From: Azolla caroliniana
Lineage: Eukaryota; Plantae; Polypodiophyta
Assembly (NCBI GenBank): GCA_043228905.1
Contig: JBHGNT010000016.1
Span: forward strand, 6,572,001-6,636,000
Direction of reading: 5' to 3'
DNA length: 64,000 nt
A model generated the notes under the pieces. It worked only from the letters and a program-made list of their open reading frames with translations. It had not been told where the DNA came from and did no database searches. Position numbers and translations under genes: made by a program. The first letter of the stretch is position 1, and each line of letters opens with the position of its first letter. Positions 49,865 through 60,600 of this stretch are shown one piece after another.

Positions 49865-51354
49865 GACGTAGAGTATGTTGGACTAACATAATCTATGATT
49901 TGATTTATAAGAAGGGGAAACACATATATACAACCCATGTAATGCACAAATTAGATCAAATTTACAAATTTTCCATCTATTCTAAATACAATAAGAAGAT
50001 TAAAATACCTGGGATATATGGAAGATTACGAGGCAATAAAGGATAGTTTCCGCTCTGGATCTTCCAACCTATCAAAAAATAAAGAAGAAAGATGAAGGCT
50101 CACATTAGCTTACACACACATGCAAATCCATGTATGTAAATGTGAAAGAAATTGAGGGAACAAATATATTGCAAACAATATTGAAGGAAAAGATCAAGAG
50201 AAAAAAAGTAGTGGATATATTAAAACAAGAGGACAATACAAATGCTAGGTAATAATGCTTGTCGACTTTTCATGAACCCATCAATAATTGAGTTTGAACT
50301 CATAAGTTGCTATAGAAAATAAAATTGATTGAATGTAATATGTGAGCATGGTGAGGTTGTTCCATCTTCTATGTGACATTCCTTATATAATTGCCACATA
50401 TGTTTCTTCAAAACCTTTCTAGATGTTTAATCATTTCCTACAATATGGTTTCTTTGGTTGCTTCTAAACTTTACCCAACATATTCTTCAATTTACTAGAA
50501 TTCTATGAGGTTATTTTACTATTAAGACCAAGTTTTCATATTGAATGCACTAAAATCGACTTCACATAGGTGAGTGTAAGATTCACACTATAATTCATAC
50601 TCACATTGACAACTCTATAACTTTATGAATTTGTTATCTTCAAATTGATCTTCAATTTTAGTATGAATCACATATCTAAGTATTCTTCTTTTTTTGCTTC
50701 AAGAACAAACTTCCTTTGGTAATGCAAATACTTAAACTAGTTGCAAAACTAAGTTCAAGCCTTTTCAAATAAAATAGACTTCCAATGATCCTTTTCAAAA
50801 TTGTAGCATTCTTTACTAGCTACCAAAATCAGATATGAGCTTCACATTTTACAAAAGTGGTGTATATATGGGCATGCAATCAATCAACCCCAAAACCTAA
50901 AGTAAAGTCTCCTTGAATGGAATTTCATGCCCTAAAGAAGACCGTGTGCAACTAGCCTCTTTTATAATGATTTCATGGCTTACTACAAAATCATCCACAC
51001 AATTCACGACAATCATTCCATTGTACTAACTAACATATACATAAACTTCGATATTTCAAATCCATGCGTAATTAAGCACTTGATGTCCGTTGTTGGTAAT
51101 AAATACAATGATTAGTAGGACATGAGAATAGGATAAGGAACGTGTAAGAAAAACCTAAAAATGATTAGCGGGACTTTACAAACACAAACATGCATATCCA
51201 TAAAAGACATGAGAAAGAAGTAGGATAACGGAAGTGTAAGAAAAAGATAAAAAAGATTAGCTGGACCGGTCTCTGAGAGACACAAATAAACATGCACATA
51301 CATAAAAGACATGAGAAAGAAGAGAAGAGGAAGAGACACAAGAGCTAGAGATAG

Positions 51355-52062
51355 ATGAAGATGAAGATGAAGATGAGAGAGGTGCTGGTGGTGGTATTAG
51401 TTCTTGTGTCATCTTCTTTCCCAACTTCGGCATGGTCGTATCGTCGTCTAATTTCGGGTCCAACTCGAGCTTCTGCTTCTCGCCATGACTGTGAATCATC
51501 ATCATCTGGCGGGACACTGGTGGTATTCGGGGCATCCATGATGGATGTGAGGGAGAACGTTGAGGCCATGCCCCTACGTTTGGCGGCCGCATTAGCTCCC
51601 TATGGTCTCGATTACTTCCACCGGCCTGCTGCTCGATTCAGCAATGGTCGTCTCATTGATTTCTTGTGTAAGTGTATCCAAACTAGGTTTCCTTATATAT
51701 ATATATAAATGTTTCGTTGGTCCTTCCATCATCAATATTATCGACAATTTCGTAATGTGCCGTGACGAGGACTGATTTTATGATTATATGCATATTTTTT
51801 TATCTATCATGATGTTAATTTTGTTGTGGGGTGGGTGCTACAGCTCAAGGATTGGGCTATGGGATTTTGGACCCTTTCTTGAAATCAGTTGACCCCGATT
51901 TCTCTCATGGTGTTGATTTTGCATCATCTAGATCATCGGCAAGGAACACAACCGTAGTGGGGATTGGTACAAGTAGTAGTGGCTTGTTCTCTCTCGATGT
52001 ACAAATTGATCAATTCCAAAATTTCAAGGAGACGGTTCTACATGCTCAATCTAGACACAATG
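51355..52062 (+). pseudogene. GDSL/SGNH lipase-esterase fragment, exons 51355-51667 and 51844-52062
   Basis: Signal peptide; VFGASMMD, PYGLDYFHRPAARFSNGRLIDFL; phase-1 GT-AG intron; DFSHGVDFASS, FSLDVQIDQF; later exons not seen. Confidence 0.85.
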
Positions 52063-53539
52063 GTACCTCAATGCTTTCTATGGCTTTCAATAAGTCCACA
52101 TTAGACAAACATATCTAACTAATCACTCTAATTTCTTAGTCCTTATCCTATTGCAAATTTTTGTGGGAATAAAGGAAAATGCATTCCAATTTGTCACGCG
52201 CTTCTCATGAGCAATCTTCAAAGAAAAAAGATTCAATAAAAGAGAAAAACAGAGAAAAAAGAGAGAAAGAACAAAATACATACTTCAGAGTGGTGGAGTG
52301 GCAACCGGTAGATATCGTGCAATCACCGAGAAGCGATAGGGAGCAACAAGTAGTGAGCGAGCCAGGAACAACGAGCAACAACCAAGAAACAAGGAGTAGT
52401 GATGAAGGAAAGAAATGAGCAGCGCACGAAGAAGGGGCAACAATCGTGAAGAAGGAAAGCAAGAAAAGAGAAAACAGGGGGAAAAGATAAAGAGGGGGGA
52501 ATTTGGAAATGAAACATTGAAAGACATATACAATGTACAATGTACATTATAAATGTTTTCATATACTATAGAAATAGTCAGTTCATCCAGCTAGATTCTA
52601 GTTGGTCAGAATTTCAGAAGTCCTGGTCGTAAGCGATTCCGGCTATCCAGAATGGTTGCTGGCAAAAGTCCCAATTCAACCTTTGCCCAACGCTGTAATA
52701 TATATATATATATATATATGACATGGAAAAATAATTTTTAGCATGTTATTTGACATGAATAAAATTTGAGCGCCTTTCACATGAAAAATGAAAATTGTAA
52801 GTTTATATGTCACTTGATGGTCATTTTTATTGGGTGTGTGTTTTTGATGGGCAAAATGGGCTTTGACGGGCATGACACCTGTCAAATTCCTACCTTGCTT
52901 TTAAATGATTGTGATCTTCATTAATGAACAAATGATTGAGATTACACTTACATATTTATGACTCTCTAATGATTTTAAATATAGACTATATGTATACAAT
53001 AAAATATATTTTGAATATAGACTATATGAATACTACTGTATAAAATAAATTTTATGCATATCGTAATGACTAGTGTGTAGATCTATTAATATAATGAATA
53101 AAATATATTTTATATAATAATAATATCTTTCTTTATTGGATTATTTGTTTATTTTATATAATAATAAATTTTATGGACATTAGACCGAGGGAGCTTATGT
53201 ATATAGAGACACTCGTTTTTTATCTTTAATATTAGGTTTATTATGTTTTACTCTTGTTTTTAATCTTTAATCTTAGGTTTATTATGTTTTAATCTCTCTC
53301 CCTCCCTCTCTCTCTCTTTCACTTTATTTTTAATTAATAGGTTAATCCCTCCTACCCCTCCCTTTACCTTGTGTTACACTTAGGGTTATGTTTTTTTATT
53401 ATTTACAGTTTAATCATTCTATTAGTTTTTATGTTTAGCCGCCACCTTTCTCCCTCTCTTTTATTTTTTAATTAGTATGTTAATCCCCTACCCTTGCCCC
53501 TCTTCTTAATACCTACTCCTGTCTCTTCATATACACCAA

Positions 53540-55536
53540 GCACTCTATCTATTCGGGTGCACTCAATCGACCTTGGTGTTCCTCTTCTCCGATATCTCCT
53601 CCGCCCGCCGATGATCCACCATTTTCGCACTCCTCGTCAATGACCTTGTGGTTAACAATAACTTATAGCACCGCCATTCTAGCACAAATTGATCCCTCTC
53701 GAGCATCTTGTTCACAGTCGCAACAACTAGGTATGGACTATCGACAATTCGAATGTCATCATGGATTACTATTCTTTAAGAAACTCTTGACATATGTTCC
53801 TAATGGTACTTGTTGCCTTCAAGTAGTCCAAAACTATCATGACACATATATAACTAGGCATTTTAGTAGTACTAAAACACTAGATTTAGTACAACGATCA
53901 TTTTGGTGGCCCCATATGCGACAATTTGTCGAAGATTTTGTTCGGACTTGTGATACATGTTGCAGAGCAAAAATGCCAAGGCATCATCCATATGGTTTAT
54001 TAGAACCATTACCAATTCCACGGAAGCCATGACAATCCATTGTCGTAGATTTCATCACAGATCTTCCGGTCTCTAGGGGATTCGATGCGATCTTAACCGT
54101 AGTAGATCGATATACGAAGATGACCCATTTCCTGCCATGTACTAAGGAAATCTCTAGTGAAGAAACCGCTGAAATTGTCATGCGTGAAGTATGTCGGCAT
54201 CATGGCCTTCCCAATAGTATCATCAGCGACCGTGGACCCCAGTTCATCTCGAAGTTCTGGAAGCACCTCTTTAAAATACTTAAGGTCACTTGTAACCTCT
54301 CCTGCGGCTACCACCCGCAAACAGACGGCCAAGCAGAACGAATAAATCAAATGCTAGAGCAGTATCTTCGGTGCTTTTTAAGCTATCATCAAGATGACTG
54401 GGTGAATATTCTCCACTTCGCCGAATTTGCGTATAATAACTCTGTCCACTCATCAACAAAGGTGACACTATTTTATCCTTACACGGGTTGTCACCCCCCG
54501 GTGGTGTGTATTTGAAACCCCAGAGTTACCTACAAATCCTCGTGTAGAGGATCGTTTGGAGCGGCGACATAAGACACAAGCGGATTTATCTACTCATCTA
54601 CAACAACCTCAACAAACACACAAGGTTTACGCGGATCGTCATCGGCTTCCATCCAGTTTTGACATTGGAGATCGGGTGTGGCTACTACGACGACACATCA
54701 AGACTACTCGCCCATGCGAGAAGTTGGATTATCGGCAATTAGGTCCTTTCCATATTATCGGAAAGATTAATGATGTCGCTTTTCGTCCCGATCTACCTCT
54801 ATAGCTACGGATACATCCGGTGTTCCATAGTTCTCTCCTAAAACCCTATCAGGACATCACCATCCCAGGTCTTATTAAACCACCTCCACCCCTGATCGAA
54901 CTTGACGATGGACCTGAGTACAAGGTTGCCACCATCCTCGATTCCAAGATTGTTCGCAACAAGCTCTACTATTTTGTCAATTGGCTAGGATATAGTCCTA
55001 GCGAGCGTACTTGGGAACCGATAGAGAATGTGACCAATGCTCCTGCTCTTCTTGAAGACTTCCATCATCAATATCCAGACAAATGGGGTCCTCAATCCAA
55101 AACGACTCGTGTCACTCGTCGTTTTAAAGGGGGGATAGTGTCATGATATGGCAAGACTCGAACCCATGACCTTATGTTACATGGGTCGAGCTCTTACCAT
55201 TAGGCTATGTATTGTAATAGGAAGGATATTACTTTCATTGATATATATTCCAGATTTCTCTGGAACATTCTAGAAACTTTAGTACTCCTAAGAACACTAT
55301 AAAAGGAGGCACAAGGCATTATTACGAACCAAATCGGTTCAACGCCAATCTTAAGCCTCCTAGCTACTAGTGTATATTCCCTTAACATAATATATATCTT
55401 TTGTTATCCTCATTCTCTCTCTCTCTCTCTCCCTCTCACTCACTCTTTCATTCTCTCGAGAGTTCTACACCTCCCTTAGTACTAATCCTCATCTTTTAGT
55501 ACTAATTCCTTCTCTATCTTAGTGCTGCTCCTAACA
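53540..55536 (+). mobile_element. Chromovirus Gypsy 3' part: integrase, chromodomain, PPT and 3' LTR (55139-55536)
   Basis: FWWPHMR..CDTC; IISDRGPQF; YHPQTDGQAER; chromodomain EYKVATILDSK..WLGYSPSERTWEP; PPT AAAGGGGGGATAG then TGTCA...AACA. Confidence 0.92.
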
Positions 55537-57501
55537 GGTGTGTTCACACAGTAGGCTAGGTTGAGCTTGATTCTCAACATGCCCCCTCAAGCTCAACTTT
55601 GGTCTAGTTATCCGCTTCTGCTGGTACCCGTTTCGAACGACATTTGGTTCTCTCAGTTTGGTGTCTGCTTCGGCTGATACCCGGTTCAGACGTACTCCTC
55701 CTCAAGCTTGGCAAGTCAGGGATCATCAATCCAAGGTCCGACATGAATTGCCGAAGCTTGTCGGCTCCTAGGACTTTGGTGAAGATGTCAGTTGTTTGAA
55801 GATTCATGCTTATGTGTTGAGGGTCAACATATCCAGCCTGAATGTGCTCTCGAATGAAGTGATAATGCACTTCAATATGCTTCGTGCGTGCGTAGAACAC
55901 CGGGTTCTAAGCCAAATGAATGTTGCTCATGTTGTTGTAGTAAAGGGGAATCAGATCTTTGATGGGAACGTTGTCGTAGTGTATTTCGTACACTACATGA
56001 AAAACGTATAAAATAACCGATTCAATAAATATGAAGAAAAAGAAAGAAATATCAAAATATATATTACATGAATAGGGCAAGATTCAAACCTTGTACCTCC
56101 ATGTTAATAATGTAAAGCCTTATCATTACACTAATACATCATACGTGTTAGAAAAGCAGATATCCCACATAGAAAGGTTTTCTACACCCATATTTTCTAG
56201 GAAAAAACTTTAGTTAGAAGAAAAACGCATGATAGAAAAAAGCGACACATGCACATTTAGCGTGCATGAACACTGTAGTCGATAAAAACGCATGAGGTTA
56301 GAAAAAAAGAAAGCATATGGTCTATAGTTAGAGAAAAAACATGGATTGCTAAGACTCTCTCATCACTATATAAGGATGGGGAGCACAATGTAATAAGGGG
56401 GAAAATAAAATAAAAATAAATTATGGGGTGATTATTATGGTCTAAATATTGGTTAATATAATACTCGTGGGATTCACGAGGTTTTCGATTTCACTTTTCC
56501 AATCTATTCCTATTGATTCAAATCTATTTAAAAGTATAATTAGGGTTAAATATTAATAAAACTAGAAAACTATATTCATGGCATTCACGAATTTCTATCT
56601 CTCTTTCTTATAATCTATTCATAACTAAACTCATCTCAAATTCTTCCTCCTCCTAGTCCAAAACCCCAGTGGTTCCCACCCAACTCACACAACGATCCGG
56701 CGCCGAAAGGCACGACAACACTTAGATCCTTCAATATTCTCTTGAGCCATACAACTTCACATGTAGCCACCGCCGCGCCCCTGTATTCGGCTTCTGTGCT
56801 CGAAAGAGTGAAGGTTGGTTGCTTCTTGCTACTCCACGGGATGGCTCCACTTCCAAGGGAGAAGATGAAACCAGAGGTTGATCGTCGATCGGTTTTGTAG
56901 CCGGCCTAGTCGGCATCTGTGTACCCTTCGAGTTGAATTGGCGTGGCCGACTTATAGAGAATGCCATAGGCCATCGTTCCACTTACATATCATAGCACTC
57001 ACTTAGCACAATCCGATTGGATATCACATGGAGTTTGCATGAATTGGCTAAGGAGGATGACTGGATAGCTCAAGTCGGGTCGAGTGATCGTGAGGTAGAT
57101 GAGGCTCCCAATCAATTGTCAATACTGAGTCGGCATCTAGTTTGAGGTTTCGATCGAGAGGGGTTGCCACAGATTTGCACTCGGTCATCCTGAACTTATA
57201 TAACAAGTTGAGTATGTAGTGCCGTTGAGAGATCATTACTCCGGTTGGAGTCCGGATTACCTCCATGGCAAGACAGGAATGGAGCTCTTTCATGTCCGTC
57301 ATCTCGAATTTGCTAGAGAGGAGGGACTTGACCTTGTTGATGTCGACTAGATGCTCACCTCCAATGACCAGATCATCCACGTATAGGATGATGACAATCG
57401 GACTTTTGGAATCGCTACTTACATAGAGAGAATTGTCAGATTTTGACATTTGGAAGCCGATTCGATGAAGATATTGTGTTATCTTTGAGTGCCAAGAACG
57501 T
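55537..57501 (-). mobile_element. Copia RT-RNase H fragment with PPT and LTR stub (same group as 21196-26836)
   Basis: ILYVDDLVI (57048-57449); TKHIEVHYHFIRE (55604-55900); TTGAGGGGGCA|TGTTGAG at ~55573-55590. Confidence 0.88.
55972..56717. mobile_element. Solo LTR (746 bp) inserted in the Copia RNase H region
   Basis: TGTCGT...ACGACA ends; the Copia frame KDL|VPIKD rejoins across it; TATA at ~56367; TSD degenerate. Confidence 0.75.
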
Positions 57502-57627
57502 TGTCATGAAGATTTTCGGCAATAGTGTGAAAATCGCGTGGAACGAGGGAAATCGAGAAGGTGCGATGTGCACACGTATGAAAGGAGTGATGGTTAGACG
57601 CTTATGTTAACACATTAATGTGCACGT
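57502..57627 (+). repeat. Start of another LTR that hosts the 57628 Gypsy
   Basis: Copia homology stops at TGTCATGAAGATTTTCGG, which resembles the reverse-complement end of LTR 57628-58268. Confidence 0.5.
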
Positions 57628-60600
57628 TGTCGTGTTGTTACGCGCGTACGTGTAGAGAGGGGCAGAACCGCGGGGGTCTTGGACCGAGGAGCGAGAGAGA
57701 GAGAGATACAGAGAGAGAAAGATTCACCGACCCGTAGAAGCGAGAAAGAGAGAGACATAAAACAACACGTAATTATAATGACAGAGATTACAAACTCCGA
57801 TGCTTACACCCGACAAGCGGCGACAGACCTGACACGGGGACCCTACTCACGCACACCGACGATAGCCACCCGACTCGAGGAAACGAAAAGGGGTTAAGGG
57901 GAGCAACTTTGCTGGAAGCACACGAGCTGTCCACGAAGCAGAGGTAGCGACCTCCCGACACACGCAGAGAGCGACGATTCGAGAGTAGTAGAGAGATAGC
58001 TCGGGCCTCCGTTCTGCAACAACCTCCTTCTTCCTCCTCGTGCGCGATATCCTTCTTCTCTTGTCAAGTCCCTTTTTATTCCATATCCTCCCCTCCGTCT
58101 GACAGAGATACGCACAATCCCCTGATAAATGCGTGCCGCCTCGTATTTCACCCACCGATCTGTTTATGAATCGGGTAAAAAAATATCAAGTTACACGTCC
58201 ATCCGTGTAAGAGCCGGTTCACACGCCTTTCTCTCCGAATCCGCCTATGGCCGGTTTTCTTCACGACATCCACCCCCACCAAACCGCGCATCCACCGGCA
58301 TGCGCCAGAGACAGGTAGATACCGAAGAAACCCGGCCTCACTCATTGCTCTCCGATTCTCCGCCGGACCCGAACTATTCGTCGTTGTTGCTCCCGCTCGC
58401 AGGCTCCGGCTCGTCTTCGAACCGCTTTTTGAAAGCTTTGATCCGCTTTCCGGCCTCCGGCACCGCTAATCGTGTCTCGTCAAGTTCTGCAAGGTGGTAT
58501 GTACCGTTGTCGTTCGCGCTCGTCACCATGTAGGGTCCGAACCGTCTCTTGGCAAACTTTCGCACCGCCTTGTGCTGATTGTCGAGGCTGCTGTCGTATA
58601 CCAAGACCTAGTCGCCTTCCTCGATCTTCTTCGGTTGCAACCGGTGCGTCCGGTTGAACCGGGTCTTGTTCCGCTCCCTTGCCGCTCGCAGCCTTTCCCT
58701 CGCCCGAATCACGTCCTCTGGCCTCCGCTCGAGTTGCCGAATCCGCGCCGCCAGCAACTCCTCCCGGCTCATTTCGTCCTTCCAATCTACCATCGCCCAC
58801 GAAGAAACCGTCCGCTCCACTGGCATGATCGGCTTTTGTCCGTACATCAGCTCTGCCGGCATGAACCCTGTCACCGAACTGTGCGTAGTCCGGTCCGCCC
58901 ATAGCGCGTAAGGAAGGAGTCGCGGCCAATTCCCGACCTGCCCTCCGCATGCACGCACCAACGCTTTTACGATAGGCCCATGCCCACGTTCTACCTTTCC
59001 GTTCGCCTCCGGATTGTATGCCGTAGTGAGGGAGAGTTTGACGCCTAGCCGGTCGAACAACTCTTCAGCTTCCCGCGCATCCAGCTCTCCCTGGTCCGCC
59101 ACGATCCTCCCAATGCACCCATACCGACACACTACTTCTTCGATCAGGAACCGGCATACCGCCGCGGTTGTCTTGCTTTGCAGTGCACGGCCTTCCACCT
59201 GGTTCGTTAAGTCTTCTTGTGCAAGCACCAGGTAGCGCACCTGTCCTACCCCCATCGGCATCGTCACCAGGTCCACCATCCACTTGAAATGGACCATAGG
59301 CGGGTAGGCCGGGTGTAGCTCGTCTCGGTGTCGGACTACGGAGTGCACTTGATAGCTTTCGCAAGTCGTTATGAACCGATGCACATCCTGGTATAGCCCC
59401 GACCACCAGTACTTCTCGTTCAGCTTCTCCAACATGGCCCACGTTTCGCGGTGTCCGGCCCATGGGCTCTCGTGGAATGTCGTCAGTAGTTTCCCCTGTT
59501 CTTCTTTCTTTGCCACTACTTGGAGTGGGATGCCGCTTTTATTCTTTGGGTGTTTCCATATGCACCCGTCCCGCAGGAAGAATCGGTACGCCTTCCTTCG
59601 TATCCGGCTTGCCTCCTCTCTCGCCCATGCTGCGTCCGGCGTCATCGTCCGTAGGAACCTCCCGATTTGGAGCCATTCCCCGTCGTACCTGCTTTCGTCA
59701 AATTCGTTAAGCGCCAGAGTGCTCCCTTTCCTTCTTGTCGTCACGTTAGCCGACCCGAAGAAGTCCTCGCTGACTTCTTCGTCCTCCGAAACCATGTCGT
59801 CTTCGTCGTTGAACCTTGCCCTCGAAAGCATGTCGGCCATGGCGTTGTCCTTTCCGGAGATGTGCCGTATCTCCGGGTTCAGGGACTTAATGCACGCTAT
59901 CCAACGGAGCATTGCTAGGTCCGGCGTCGTGCATCCGGAAACCATGCCGAGTATCGGTAGGCAGTCCGTCTCGATAATCACCTCCGTCCCGATCAGATAA
60001 TCCTTGTCGGCCTTGACTGCCGAAACGACACCCCAAAGTTCACGCTTAACTTGGGCGTACCCTCGCTGCCGCTCGCTCAATACCTTCGCCCCAAACCGGA
60101 TCAGGAATCGTACGCCGCCCTTGTCCTCCTGACTGATTACCCACCCGATCCCGGTCGGGCTGGTGTCCACCATTACGCAGATGGGAACATCCTTGCCGTA
60201 AACCGCTTTGCGGAGAGCCGGCGCTGCCGTAAGCGCCTCTTTTAGTCTCCGAACCGACTCCGTGTGCTCCGTCCTCCACTCAAAGCTACGCCCCTTTTTC
60301 AATAGTCCGTAGAGAGGTTCCGCGACATGTGCGTAGTGCGGGATCCAGATGTGGTAGAACGCGCATGCCCCCAAGAATCTGCGGACCTTCGTGACCGACC
60401 CGCAAATGTTCCTCATCGCGGAGATGGCCTCTACTTTTGCCGGAGACGGTTTCCTACCGTAAGGCCCGCACAGGTGTCCGACCACCAAGATCTCCGACTG
60501 TCCGAAGGCCTACTTCTCCCCGAAGGTGAGCCTCGCGCGCTCTAGTCTCTGTAGCACCTTCTCGCAGTCATCGATGTGGGACGCCACGAAATTCCAACAT

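Larger units (their letters stand above)
45327..52897 (-). mobile_element. Large hAT element (decayed transposase) with nested MITEs, LTR fragments and a GDSL fragment
   Basis: Left end TAGGGCCTGAATTTGACAGG plus ~200 bp homologous to the 17823 end; right end 52700-52897 homologous to 18475-18658. The TSD does not match, so a single element is unproven. Confidence 0.6.

Noticed and set aside
47447-55536. One chromovirus spanning gag (47.8-49.3 kb) to the chromodomain (55.1 kb)
   Set aside because: The two LTRs share only motifs, and unrelated sequence lies between them.
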